Positions 47,091 through 56,950 of a DNA stretch of 64,000 nt are shown piece by piece. How positions within the stretch are numbered: position 1 is the stretch's first letter; the number at the start of each line of letters is the position of its first letter. This DNA comes from an uncultured archaeon (GTDB lineage: Archaea; Altiarchaeota; Altiarchaeia; IMC4; SCGC-AAA252-I15): NCBI GenBank assembly GCA_964587725.1, contig CAZPLO010000004.1, forward strand, positions 1 to 64,000, read 5' to 3'. The notes under the pieces were generated by a model. That model was given only the letters and a program-made list of their open reading frames with translations, was not told the DNA's origin and did not search any database. The translations under genes and the position numbers were made by a program.

Positions 47091-49475
47091 ATGGGGAACG
47101 GCCATAAAACGCCGGGGAGACGCCGGGTGAAAGGCGGTGAGATGCCGGGGCCCATGGAGCTGGGGGAAAACTCGGAAACCATGCTGGTGGGGCCGCATCC
47201 TCTTGAAACCGACGCTGAAGGCAGGCCGGTGAACACTGCAGCATGCCTGATACTGAAAGACGACAATCCTCTTGGGAAAAATCTTTTTGTGACCTCAAGG
47301 CCGGACCACCGCGCAGGCGCCTTCAAGACCGCGTTTCTGATAGCATATTCCATGGGGGACGGCGTAGAAGACCCGAATAGGGGCTTGAGCAATGACAGGG
47401 TTCCTTCTTCAGCCCAATTGGATCAGCTGGCTCGGCTGACGCTCAAGAGGTCTAAATCCCCTGAAGAGGAGGGACTGGTCCGTAGGCTGGATGAGACCGC
47501 GATGAAACACGGAGAAAAGGTAATTGGTAATTATGTGCCGGTGGTCATGCGCGGGTTCGGCGAAAACGTGGAGGTGTGCGTGAGAAAAGACCCTGAAGTG
47601 GATTTGGACACACTAGATGAGTCGGTGAGGGTCATAGAGGAGGATCTGGGGGTGCCCTACGACAGAGTGAAAGTTGTTTCTAACAGCATTGAAGGAAATG
47701 AGAGCCTCAGGAGACACTATGAACGCCGGGGGTCGTTGTACAGGCTTTATCCCCCCACCATGTCAAAGGACAGGCAGGTGGAGTTCATCAGAGAATCCAT
47801 GATAAAAACAGACCAGGGGGTTAGCCTCTACTATGCAGCGGGGAGTGGAGAACGTTTGCTGACTGAAGGAGGGTATAGGACGGTCGTTGAAGACTTTAAG
47901 GGGGGGAGGGTGGACAGGGAAACCCTTGCCGGACAGTTCCATTGCATGACAGACCTCTACGGAAGACAGAACCGCACTGGAACCCCTTCCCTATCATTCT
48001 GTAAGGTGGCGTCTGGCAGGTTCGGGATAAAATATCTCAGGGACGTTTTAGAATCCGTAGAGGACAGTGGGAAAACCGACGCCGAAGTAGTCCGCGTGCT
48101 CCAAGAAAGTCTGGAACGGATGCACGACGCCACCGAAAACCACTTCCACGAAGACAATATGGATAACGAGCAGTGGAGGTGGAACATGTACAAGACACTC
48201 ATGGGCATGGAGAAAGCCCCGTCGGAGGAGCTCAAGCTGGGTTTGGGCCGCGAGTTCATGGGGGAGGTGGAGTGGCTGCCCGGCGGGAGAAACGAAGATG
48301 ACGGGTTCATTCTCGACCCCCACCTGGACGCGATGATAGAGCAAGGTGACGTGCGCGCCCAGCACGTTAAGGCGATTATATCGGACTTCAGGGGATACTG
48401 CGGCAGGAAAGGCCATGAGCTGGAGCACATAAACGTGGGGCAGGTGATAGAGTCGCTTTCCAAGAGGGGGAAGGTGAGCCCTGAGGAGGTGCGTGAGGTG
48501 TACGTGGTCGAATGGCGTGTGGAAGGCGATGAGAGGAACAGGGTGGACCTCGTCAGAAGGCAGAAATGGGATGAACGATACTACCGGGAAGGCCGTGAAT
48601 TCGACTTCGGCGACAGGAAAAACTTCTACGGGAGAGTTAAACTGGAGGAGATGATGAAGGCCGGCGAGGCCGGCCGCGACGAAAGAGGATGGTATGTGGA
48701 GAGAGACGGCGTGAAAGTCTACGGCAGGGAGCTGACCGAGGGGGAGGCTGAGACGTTAAGCCGAGAATACACGATGTTCGTTTTGGACCGGAACAGGTTC
48801 GACGAGGTGATATCACCGGGCCACCCCCACATGGAGGTCATACCCTGCAAGGAGGTTGAGGGCGATGCAGAATACGACACCCCGTTTTTAACCCGCTCAT
48901 ACTCCGAGGGCGTCCCAGTCGACAAGATACCGGATGAAATGTACGGCAACCCCGAATTCGTTAAGAGGCTGGCGATATACATGGGCGTGGAGGCCGCCCG
49001 CAACATGAGTTTGGGCAGGATAAACCCCCACACCGGATTCCACCTCTACGGGGACGGAGACGAGATAATAAAACTCAATGAGGGCGGCCTGCCCACAGGT
49101 TATATAAGAAACGATGAGACCAGCGTATTCGGGGACGTGGAAAAGCCGCTGGCGGAGTACGTATCAACGTTCAACGCGTGGATTGTGAAGACCCTGGATA
49201 AGGCGGCCGACAGGGGTGTGGGTTTGGAGGACATTGGCGCCATACATGAGAAGTATGTGGACGCGTTCAAGAGAGAATTCATCAGGATACAGAAACTGTT
49301 CAGGGACGACGGCGTAAGAAACATGTTCGACGGCAATCCCCCGAAGAGGGGGGAGGAACGTTACGGGTGGGCCGGCTGCAGGTATCTGGTGCCGAAGGCG
49401 GTGGACAGGGTGAGGGTGGCTGACGTTGAAGAACTGGTCGGGGAGCTTAACAAGGGTTTCAGACCCGTCGGCTAA
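47091..49475 (+). CDS. large hypothetical protein, possible atypical kinase-like C-terminal domain
   Basis: 794-aa ORF; VYVVEW...RQKWD, RSYSEG, GDGDE, NDETSVF loosely fit a kinase-fold motif order. Confidence 0.55.
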   Translation: MGNGHKTPGRRRVKGGEMPGPMELGENSETMLVGPHPLETDAEGRPVNTAACLILKDDNPLGKNLFVTSRPDHRAGAFKTAFLIAYSMGDGVEDPNRGLSNDRVPSSAQLDQLARLTLKRSKSPEEEGLVRRLDETAMKHGEKVIGNYVPVVMRGFGENVEVCVRKDPEVDLDTLDESVRVIEEDLGVPYDRVKVVSNSIEGNESLRRHYERRGSLYRLYPPTMSKDRQVEFIRESMIKTDQGVSLYYAAGSGERLLTEGGYRTVVEDFKGGRVDRETLAGQFHCMTDLYGRQNRTGTPSLSFCKVASGRFGIKYLRDVLESVEDSGKTDAEVVRVLQESLERMHDATENHFHEDNMDNEQWRWNMYKTLMGMEKAPSEELKLGLGREFMGEVEWLPGGRNEDDGFILDPHLDAMIEQGDVRAQHVKAIISDFRGYCGRKGHELEHINVGQVIESLSKRGKVSPEEVREVYVVEWRVEGDERNRVDLVRRQKWDERYYREGREFDFGDRKNFYGRVKLEEMMKAGEAGRDERGWYVERDGVKVYGRELTEGEAETLSREYTMFVLDRNRFDEVISPGHPHMEVIPCKEVEGDAEYDTPFLTRSYSEGVPVDKIPDEMYGNPEFVKRLAIYMGVEAARNMSLGRINPHTGFHLYGDGDEIIKLNEGGLPTGYIRNDETSVFGDVEKPLAEYVSTFNAWIVKTLDKAADRGVGLEDIGAIHEKYVDAFKREFIRIQKLFRDDGVRNMFDGNPPKRGEERYGWAGCRYLVPKAVDRVRVADVEELVGELNKGFRPVG

Positions 49476-50527
49476 AGCAGCTTCTTCTTCAGCGCGAGTT
49501 CCGCGTTCAGTATGCTGGCGCCGGCTGCGCCGCGTATGGTGTTGTGGCTTAGGCAGGTGAACTTGAACTTCTTCTTCGTCTTCTTCCGCAGCCTCCCCAC
49601 GGTGACGGCCATGCCTTTGCCTGCGTCGCGGTCGCGGCGCGGCTGCGGGCGGTCCTCCTCCTCCCGCACGATAATCGGCGGGTTGGGTGCGGTCGGCAGC
49701 TTCAGCTCCTGCGGCACGCTGCTGTAGCCCCTCAATACCGCTATGATGTCTTCTAGGTCGCAGTCCTGCTTAGTCCCGACGAAAACCGCCTTCAAGTGGC
49801 CGTCTAATGATGGAACCCGGTTGCATGACGCGAATATGTCCATCGAAGCGTCTTCGACATGGTCTTTAGACAAACTTCCGAGTATCTTCAGAGGCTCCGT
49901 CTCCACCTTATCCTCTTCGCCGCCGATGTACGGTATCACGTTGTCGACTGCCGCCATCGACGGCACGCCGTTGTAGCCTGCGCCGGACAGCGCCTGCATG
50001 GTGGTGACGTTCACCCACTCCAAGCCGAACTCGTCCAATATGGGCTTCAACGGCACCACCAGCCCGATGGTGCTGCAGTTGGGGTTCGTGACTATGTGGC
50101 CGTTCCAGCCGCGCTTCTCCTTCTGAACCTTGAGCAGGTCCAGGTGCTCGGGGTTCACGTCCCCTATCACCAACGGCACGTCCGGCTCCATCCTGTAGGT
50201 TTTGGTGTTGCTGTAGACGGGAATCTCCTGGGCGAACGAGCCCTCAACCTCCTTAGCAATCGAGGAGGGGATTGCGCTGAACACCATATCGAGGTCGTAT
50301 TCGCCTATGATTTTGGTGTCTATCAAATCCACTTTCGTGTCGGCGACGGACTCCGGTATGTCGTCTGCGAGATACCATTTCGCGGCGTCGCGGTATTTCT
50401 TCCCCGCGCTCCTCTCCGACGCTGCTACGGCGGCCACCTTGAAGTATGGGTGGTCCTGCAGCCCCTCTATGAATCGTTGGCCCACCATGCCGGTGGCGCC
50501 GAGCACGCCGACGTTGAGTTTCTTCAT
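49472..50527 (-). CDS. asd: aspartate-semialdehyde dehydrogenase
   Basis: GATGMVGQ, NPNCST, QALSGAG, CNRVP..DGH, HNTIRGAAG. Confidence 0.96.
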   Translation of the reverse strand: MKKLNVGVLGATGMVGQRFIEGLQDHPYFKVAAVAASERSAGKKYRDAAKWYLADDIPESVADTKVDLIDTKIIGEYDLDMVFSAIPSSIAKEVEGSFAQEIPVYSNTKTYRMEPDVPLVIGDVNPEHLDLLKVQKEKRGWNGHIVTNPNCSTIGLVVPLKPILDEFGLEWVNVTTMQALSGAGYNGVPSMAAVDNVIPYIGGEEDKVETEPLKILGSLSKDHVEDASMDIFASCNRVPSLDGHLKAVFVGTKQDCDLEDIIAVLRGYSSVPQELKLPTAPNPPIIVREEEDRPQPRRDRDAGKGMAVTVGRLRKKTKKKFKFTCLSHNTIRGAAGASILNAELALKKKLL

Positions 50528-50564
50528 CTCCAGTGTATAGGGAAAAAAGGAATAAAAAGCCGTG

Positions 50565-51179
50565 TCACAGCAGCCTCCTCCGGATAACGCCTATTCCATG
50601 GTTTATCAGCATCTGCACCCTGGGTTTGCTTTTGATTCTGACGCCTCCGGCTTTGAGTGCTGCGCCTAATTCGCCGTTGAAGTCTAGGGTTACGGAGCCG
50701 ATTTCACGGAGTGTGTGCGCGTCGCTGCCCCCCACCATCGGCAGGCCCGCGTCGGCGCACGTCTTCACGGGATCGCGTGTATTGCCGAACGTGTGGCCGT
50801 TAACAACTTCGACGGCGTCGAACGGCAGCTCCAGTATCAGGTCGCCCACGCCCCGCCGGTATGTGTCGTATGGGTGGGCCGCTATTGCCAGGCCGCCGAG
50901 TGAGTGTATGCGTTCGACTGTTTCAGCAGCGGAAAGGTCGCGGGGGACGAGCTCCTTTACGCCGAGGGCGAGTATGTGCCCTTCCAGGGAGGAAACCTCC
51001 ACGCCAGATATGACCGTGAACGAGCCATCTGCGTATTCCAGAGCCTCCAGCGAACCGTCGATGACATCGTGATCCGTAATCGCTATGCCGTCCAGGCGCC
51101 TTCTCGCGTACTCTATTATCTCTGCGGGGCTGGCTTTGCCGTCGGACCTGCTGGAGTGGACGTGTATGTCATACAACAT
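50565..51179 (-). CDS. PHP-domain metal-dependent phosphoesterase
   Basis: DIHVHS..SDG, AITDHD, AHP, GGSDAH. Confidence 0.92.
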   Translation of the reverse strand: MLYDIHVHSSRSDGKASPAEIIEYARRRLDGIAITDHDVIDGSLEALEYADGSFTVISGVEVSSLEGHILALGVKELVPRDLSAAETVERIHSLGGLAIAAHPYDTYRRGVGDLILELPFDAVEVVNGHTFGNTRDPVKTCADAGLPMVGGSDAHTLREIGSVTLDFNGELGAALKAGGVRIKSKPRVQMLINHGIGVIRRRLL

Positions 51180-51216
51180 GGTTGTATTATTTAAAGCAGG
51201 TTTTAATTAGTAAGCA

Positions 51217-52185
51217 ATGGCTGTGGTTTTAGCCAAGAAAGACCTGGGGGGGTACCTTAGCTGGTTGTCGGGTGAATACGCGGTCTACGCGCCCGTCAGA
51301 AGGGGTGACGTGGTCACCTTCGACGTGTGGCGGGAAGGCGACGAAGTCGTGTTAGACTACGACACCACCAACTCGCCTGTGAAGAGGGCTTTTTTCCCGC
51401 CGGAGGAGACGCTTCTGGGATACAACGGAGACGTCAGGGCGCCGGCGCACAACCGGAAGGTGCTGGTGTTCGGCCTCCACCCCTACGACGTCCAGGCGAT
51501 AAGGATACTGGATGAGGCGTTCGGCAAGCCTGTGAAGGACACATACTATCAGAGAAGGCGTAGGGGTTCCGTGCTGGTGGCCGTGGAACACGGGGACGTC
51601 CCCAACGCATTCTACAGCGAACTGGACCTTGACCTTGAAAGCGGATACGACATCATGCTGTTAGACGAAGGCGACCACATCGTATTGGACGTGAAGACGG
51701 AGAAGGGGAAGAGGCTGGTGAAGAACGGGCACGTGAAGTCCAGGAACGTGAAGGCGAGGACGCCCCGCATCCCGGATGCGGGGGAGGGGAAAATCGATTT
51801 GGAGAAGACCATGGAGTTCCTCGACCGGGGCCCCGACCAGGAGCTGTGGCATGAAGTGGCGAAAGAGTGTTTCGCCTGCGGCGTCTGCGCGTACGTGTGC
51901 CCCATCTGCCACTGCTTCGACGTGGAAGACAAAACCCGGCTGGAAGGCGGCGGGGAGAGGGTGAGGAAGTGGGATTCATGCATGCTCGCCGACTTCGCAT
52001 TGGTGGCAGGCGGCCTAAACTTCAGGGAAAAGAGACATGAGAGGATACACAACTGGTACCACCACAAATTCAGCCGCGCAGTCAAGGAGCGGGGGCACCC
52101 GGACTGCGTGGGGTGCGGACGGTGCATAACATACTGTCCGGCGGCGATAAAGATTCACGAAAACATCAGGAGGTGCGGGGAATGA
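51217..52185 (+). CDS. group 3b sulfhydrogenase beta subunit (AsrA-like Fe-S protein)
   Basis: CFACGVCAYVCPICHCF, WDSC, HKF, CVGCGRCITYCP. Confidence 0.9.
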   Translation: MAVVLAKKDLGGYLSWLSGEYAVYAPVRRGDVVTFDVWREGDEVVLDYDTTNSPVKRAFFPPEETLLGYNGDVRAPAHNRKVLVFGLHPYDVQAIRILDEAFGKPVKDTYYQRRRRGSVLVAVEHGDVPNAFYSELDLDLESGYDIMLLDEGDHIVLDVKTEKGKRLVKNGHVKSRNVKARTPRIPDAGEGKIDLEKTMEFLDRGPDQELWHEVAKECFACGVCAYVCPICHCFDVEDKTRLEGGGERVRKWDSCMLADFALVAGGLNFREKRHERIHNWYHHKFSRAVKERGHPDCVGCGRCITYCPAAIKIHENIRRCGE

Positions 52186-53012
52186 ACACGTACATGCCGT
52201 ATAATACGAGGGTGGAGGGGGTTACCGACCTCGGCGGGGACAGCGTGATGCTGACCCTCCAGTTCACAGACGAGTCGGTGAGGAAGAAGTTCACGTTCAC
52301 GCCCGGGCAGTTCATACAGCTGTCGCTACTCGGCCACGGAGAAATACCGGTGGGCCTCGCATCCAACCCCGGCGACAGGAAACACATTCAGGTGTCGGTG
52401 AGGAAGGCCGGCAACGTGACCCAGGCCGTCCACCGCCTCGAAAAAGGGGATGAAGTCGGCGTGCGTGGGCCGTTCGGCAACGGCTTCAAGGAGGAGTGGA
52501 TTAAGGGCAAGGACCTGCTGGTGATATCAGGCGGCTGCGGGATACCCCCGATGAGGGCGCTGATGCTGCACGCCATGGAGAACAGTAAAGACTACGACGG
52601 CATCACGTTGTTGTACGGGGCGAGGACCCAACAGGACCTGCTGTTCCGGCAGGAATACAAAAAGTGGGGCAAGAAGGCGAGGGTGTTGCTGACCGTCGAC
52701 ACGGAGGATGAGCCGGACCCGGAGCTGGGCTTGGAGTGCGGCGTCGGCGTGGTTACGACGCTCATAGACGACGTTGAAATTAAAGACAACACGGTGGCTG
52801 TGATGTGCGGCCCCGGAATCATGTACAAGTTCGTTGTGAATAAACTGCTGGAGGAGGGGATGAAGCCCGAAAACATGCTGCTGTCACTGGAGAGACGAAT
52901 GAAGTGCGGGGTCGGCAAATGCCAGCACTGCAACCGCGGCTCAAAGTACGTGTGCCTCGACGGCCCAGTATTCACATACAAGGAGCTGCTGGAGGAATAC
53001 GGGGGACTGTAA
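52182..53012 (+). CDS. sulfhydrogenase gamma subunit (AsrB-like, FAD/NAD and 2Fe-2S)
   Basis: PGQF, RGPFGNGF, GGCG, MCGP, LERRMKCGVGKCQHC..VCLDGPVF. Confidence 0.92.
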   Translation: MNTYMPYNTRVEGVTDLGGDSVMLTLQFTDESVRKKFTFTPGQFIQLSLLGHGEIPVGLASNPGDRKHIQVSVRKAGNVTQAVHRLEKGDEVGVRGPFGNGFKEEWIKGKDLLVISGGCGIPPMRALMLHAMENSKDYDGITLLYGARTQQDLLFRQEYKKWGKKARVLLTVDTEDEPDPELGLECGVGVVTTLIDDVEIKDNTVAVMCGPGIMYKFVVNKLLEEGMKPENMLLSLERRMKCGVGKCQHCNRGSKYVCLDGPVFTYKELLEEYGGL

Positions 53013-53791
53013 TGAAGGCTCTGCCGAAACCCAGGATTGCGGTGTTCGACTTCACCGACTGTGAAGGCTGCGAGGTCGAGTTCATCAACCTCAAGGAGAA
53101 ACTGATGGATTTGCTGGAGGACGTGGAGATAGTGAACTGGCGGCTCGCGAAGGAGGGGAACGAGCCGGGGCCGTTCGACATAGCATTCATAGAGGGAACC
53201 CCGGTGACCCCGGACGAGCAGGAGCTGCTCCGGCAGATAAGGGGGAAGACCAGAATCATAGTGGGGTTGGGGGCGTGCGCGTGCACCGGCGGCGTGCCCG
53301 CGATAGTGAATGATGAAAAAGACCGCCTGGACTTCTACGGGAAAGTGTACCCGCCGGAGTACAAGCCGCAGGGCACCATGGCTAAGCCGCTGAGCGCCTT
53401 CGTCGAAGTCGACTTCACGTTGAACGGCTGCCCCGTAGACAAAAACGAGATAGAGCGGTTCCTCACCGCGTTCCTCAAGGGAGCGAGCCCCGAAGACAGG
53501 GACAACCCCGTGTGCATGGAGTGCAAGATAAACGACAACCAGTGCAGGCTCGTCAACGGCGAAGTATGCCTGGGGCCGATAACAAGAGGCGGGTGCGGCG
53601 CCTTCTGCGTGACCCACGGGAAATACTGCTACGGCTGCTACGGGCTGGTGAAGGACGCGAACTTCGAACGGATGGTTGAGGTGCTGGAGGATTTGGTCGG
53701 CGCGGAGGAGACTGAGAGGATACTGAACATGTTCCTGAGCGAATCCGAGGAATACAAGAAACACTACCGCCTCGACATGGTCCAGCCCTGA
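53012..53791 (+). CDS. [NiFe] hydrogenase group 3b small (delta) subunit
   Basis: DCEGC, IEG, GACACTGG, GCP, VCMEC, CLGPITRGGCGA.C, CYGCYG. Confidence 0.9.
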   Translation: MKALPKPRIAVFDFTDCEGCEVEFINLKEKLMDLLEDVEIVNWRLAKEGNEPGPFDIAFIEGTPVTPDEQELLRQIRGKTRIIVGLGACACTGGVPAIVNDEKDRLDFYGKVYPPEYKPQGTMAKPLSAFVEVDFTLNGCPVDKNEIERFLTAFLKGASPEDRDNPVCMECKINDNQCRLVNGEVCLGPITRGGCGAFCVTHGKYCYGCYGLVKDANFERMVEVLEDLVGAEETERILNMFLSESEEYKKHYRLDMVQP

Positions 53792-55042
53792 CTATCTGGC
53801 GCAGCCGCCGACGGGAACGGACAGTATCGAGTTCTCCATGTAAATCAGCTTCGCATCAGGCCCCTTCTCCTCCAACGCCGCGTCAACGGCCTCCTGGGCG
53901 TTGGGATACGGCTTCATGAACACACGCTCCAACACGCTGTCATCCAATTCGGTGACGCCGTACATGCTAGCCCACAGTGAAATGTCCAGGAGGCGCGCGG
54001 CCTTGTGGTAGCCGAGCTTGTACTTCTGCTTAATCGACATCAGTATGGTCTTGGGGTCTGCGCTGGAGCTCATCAGCGCATAGTAGTTTTCAGGCCCCAC
54101 GCCGTTCTCGCACGACGACACGAACACCAGTATCCCGTCTTTCTTCAGCGCGTACTTCGCGGACTCGATGACCTTCTGGGTCTGGTACAGGTCCTGGTTC
54201 ATGGGCTCGTGGACGGCCGCCAACACCACATCCGCCTTCTCCTTCAGGGGATACGTGTATTTCGTGGACGCGAAGTCACACGCGCTCCTGAAGGAGCCGC
54301 GGAGGTCGCCCGCGTAGACGGCGGCGACGTCGCTGTCCTCGTCCAACACCAGGTTGAAGCTGAACACGTCCGCCTCCACCATCGACGCGGCCCCCTCCAT
54401 GTCCTCGTTGACGGGGTTGCCGTCGAGCCTGCACAGCTGCGACCCCTCCTCCAACGCGAGGGAGTGGTTCTTGGTTATCGTCTTGTACCCTGCAACCCCG
54501 GGGAGGAAGCTTTTCCTGCCGCCCGTGTATCCTGCGAAATAATGGGGTTCGACGCTGTTGATGTTGACTATTCCGTCGGCCTCCCAGATTATCTTGTTAT
54601 AGTATACGCTGGTAGCCCGTGCGGTGTCGCCTGCGTAGCGGAGGCATTCGTCGTCCCTGCTTTCATGACCTACGACGGAGTCCCTGTGCAGCTCATAGTT
54701 TTCCCTGCCCATAATCTTCCGGAGCGCAGGCTTCTCAGGCGGCTTATGGGAGCCGGTGGCTACCACGAACTTCAGCTCCTTCCCCTCCAGCTTCGGAAGC
54801 AGGGCGTCCAAGAAAGGAGCCGTCGGCGTCGGCCGGGTGAGGTCGTTGAGTATGAGGAGTACCGTGTCTTTACCCTTCAGGAACTCCTGGAAGGACGTTC
54901 CAGAAGGATTTTGAAGACCTTCTTCCAGGAGCTCGTTCAAACCCCTTTTCTCGAACGACGACGGCCGGATGACCTCCAATACTCTGTCGTCGTCCACGCG
55001 GACGGAGACGGTGCCGTCTCCGTAGGGCATGTTGAACTCCAT
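53792..55042 (-). CDS. larA: LarA-family nickel-pincer racemase/epimerase
   Basis: NDLTRPTP, ATGSH, EPHYFAGYTGGRKS..PG, NH, DLYQTQK. Confidence 0.88.
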   Translation of the reverse strand: MEFNMPYGDGTVSVRVDDDRVLEVIRPSSFEKRGLNELLEEGLQNPSGTSFQEFLKGKDTVLLILNDLTRPTPTAPFLDALLPKLEGKELKFVVATGSHKPPEKPALRKIMGRENYELHRDSVVGHESRDDECLRYAGDTARATSVYYNKIIWEADGIVNINSVEPHYFAGYTGGRKSFLPGVAGYKTITKNHSLALEEGSQLCRLDGNPVNEDMEGAASMVEADVFSFNLVLDEDSDVAAVYAGDLRGSFRSACDFASTKYTYPLKEKADVVLAAVHEPMNQDLYQTQKVIESAKYALKKDGILVFVSSCENGVGPENYYALMSSSADPKTILMSIKQKYKLGYHKAARLLDISLWASMYGVTELDDSVLERVFMKPYPNAQEAVDAALEEKGPDAKLIYMENSILSVPVGGCAR

Positions 55043-56388
55043 CACAGATCACCTTCAGACCGCATCGCCTTCATCATCTCCAGCACCGAAAAGGATGCGC
55101 GGGTCACGCCCATGCTCCGCGTGTCGGTGTCGGTGCCCGCCAGGTAGAGCCCGCCCAACGGCGCGTTCGGCGACGGAAACCTGGAGCCAACGGTTATCGC
55201 CGCCTTCTCGGGTATCGTGACCTGCATATGCTTGAAGTCGACGTGTCCCTCCACTCCTGGGACGGCGGTGTATATGGACTCCATCAACGCCTTCTCCTCC
55301 GACTCCACACCATCCTCGACTATGGACGTGAATCCCACCAGCTGATGGCCTTCCGGTGCGAACGAACCGTTGTAGTTGCTGACCGGCATGGCCCAGTAGG
55401 ATTTCCCCTCCTCGAACCACACCTCCGCCCCAATGTAGTCGAACTCCGGAAGCCTTGTGTCGAGGCCCAGCCACACCGTGATGGAGGTGGTCTGCTCCAG
55501 GGTATCCAGGGCCCTGACGTAGTCTTTGGGGAGGCCGCTGGTGAGTGAAGGAAGGTCCTTCACGAAACCCGTGTATACGACAGAATCCGCCTCGTAGCTG
55601 CCTTCACCGGTTGAGACGCCGGTCACCCGTCCGTCGCCGTCTATGGAGGTCACCTCCTCCCCCGCCTTGACGGCCACCCGTCCGCGGGGGAACGACTTCA
55701 TTATGCAGTCTGTGACGACGCCGGCGCCCAGCCGCGGATAAGCCTGGTGGTAGCTGCCGTCGTATGCGAGGAGCTTCGCGAAACTCGCTATCCCGCCTAT
55801 TACTTTGTCGCCTATGAACTCGCTCTGCGTCTCCTCCATGTACCGGGCTCCCTTCACCAGCCGCCACACGGGAGTCTTCCTCATACTCTTACCGCTCATG
55901 AAATAGCAGAATGTGTCTATGAACTTCCACGTCTTCTCGCTGAAGTCGTTCGCCTTCAAGTAGTCGTATACGCTCTGGCCCCGGTCCACCGACCCGAACA
56001 CGCTGAACGCCACAGACGAGCCGAGGATGCTGGTTATCAGTATCCGGTCCTTCTGCGGGAGGACGTCGAAGTTCACCCACGCCTGCACCGTCCACGGGAA
56101 GACGACCAGCTTGTCCCTGGTGCGGATGTGGTAGTCGCCGTAGGGCATGAACTTGGGTATGACGTCGAAGTAACGGTCCATCAGCTCCGTCAGCGGCCCG
56201 TTGTCGACGTGGGTTATCGCATGAAGACCGGTGTCGACTGTGTAGCCGTCGAGGCTGTACGTGCGGAGGTTCCCGCCGACCTCGCTGCTTTTCTCCAGCA
56301 CCAGCACGTTCTTCCCCTCCTTCGACAGGGCGAGTGCTGAGAGCAGGCCGCTCACGCCGGCACCCACCACTATTGTATCGTATTCCAT
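55042..56388 (-). CDS. phytoene-desaturase-family FAD oxidoreductase (possible PhyH-like lipid hydratase)
   Basis: GAGVSGL, VGG..R.Y..DGY.VDTG.HAITH, C-terminal GTDTD.RSMG.TRA. Confidence 0.8.
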   Translation of the reverse strand: MEYDTIVVGAGVSGLLSALALSKEGKNVLVLEKSSEVGGNLRTYSLDGYTVDTGLHAITHVDNGPLTELMDRYFDVIPKFMPYGDYHIRTRDKLVVFPWTVQAWVNFDVLPQKDRILITSILGSSVAFSVFGSVDRGQSVYDYLKANDFSEKTWKFIDTFCYFMSGKSMRKTPVWRLVKGARYMEETQSEFIGDKVIGGIASFAKLLAYDGSYHQAYPRLGAGVVTDCIMKSFPRGRVAVKAGEEVTSIDGDGRVTGVSTGEGSYEADSVVYTGFVKDLPSLTSGLPKDYVRALDTLEQTTSITVWLGLDTRLPEFDYIGAEVWFEEGKSYWAMPVSNYNGSFAPEGHQLVGFTSIVEDGVESEEKALMESIYTAVPGVEGHVDFKHMQVTIPEKAAITVGSRFPSPNAPLGGLYLAGTDTDTRSMGVTRASFSVLEMMKAMRSEGDL

Positions 56389-56389
56389 T

Positions 56390-56911
56390 CTACCAGGGCT
56401 TCCTCTTCAACCTGATAACCCATGCGACGATGTTGGCGATGACGTGCAAGGGTATGGTGAGCATGCACGCCAAAATCAGGTATCCGAAGTCGACGGGCAA
56501 CACAGTCCACGCCAGGAAGAACGCCCCGAAGATGTAGTCGAGCTGGTCCAGGAAGAATACTGGGTGGCCGCGGCCCAAACCCGCACGCCTTTTTATGAAG
56601 CTTGCGGCCAAATCCCCAGCCAACGCGCCGAACCCCAGGAGAAAACCCAGGTACGGAGTCATCGCGATGAACCCCGCCGGCTGAATCTGCTGCTGTATCG
56701 CGGCCGCAGCCACCGCCGCCAGCACCCCGAATACGAAACCCCGCCAGGTTTTTCCGTCCCCGAATATCCGCTTCCCTGCGAATTTTTTCCCGAAGTCCAT
56801 GGGGGTGGAAAAATCTTTGAGGACCGGAAACCCCGACACGTCTATGGCGGCGGAGTTGGCGACGTACGCAGGGAATATGAGCCACATCACATTCAGGAGA
56901 CCTGGAAGCAT
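56390..56911 (-). CDS. carS: CDP-archaeol synthase
   Basis: PAYVAN, PMDFG, GDGKTWRG, GDLAASFIKRR, LDQLD, PW C-terminus. Confidence 0.93.
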   Translation of the reverse strand: MLPGLLNVMWLIFPAYVANSAAIDVSGFPVLKDFSTPMDFGKKFAGKRIFGDGKTWRGFVFGVLAAVAAAAIQQQIQPAGFIAMTPYLGFLLGFGALAGDLAASFIKRRAGLGRGHPVFFLDQLDYIFGAFFLAWTVLPVDFGYLILACMLTIPLHVIANIVAWVIRLKRKPW

Positions 56912-56950
56912 GATAGATATAATTACCTGGATTAATATAAGAGCTTGGGC

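Noticed and set aside
51217-53791. Selenocysteine recoding in the hydrogenase subunits
   Set aside because: Motif positions use Cys codons and no in-frame TGA is needed
52592-55147. Long ORFs 52592-53764 (-) and 54005-55147 (+)
   Set aside because: Antisense shadows of well-supported hydrogenase and larA genes
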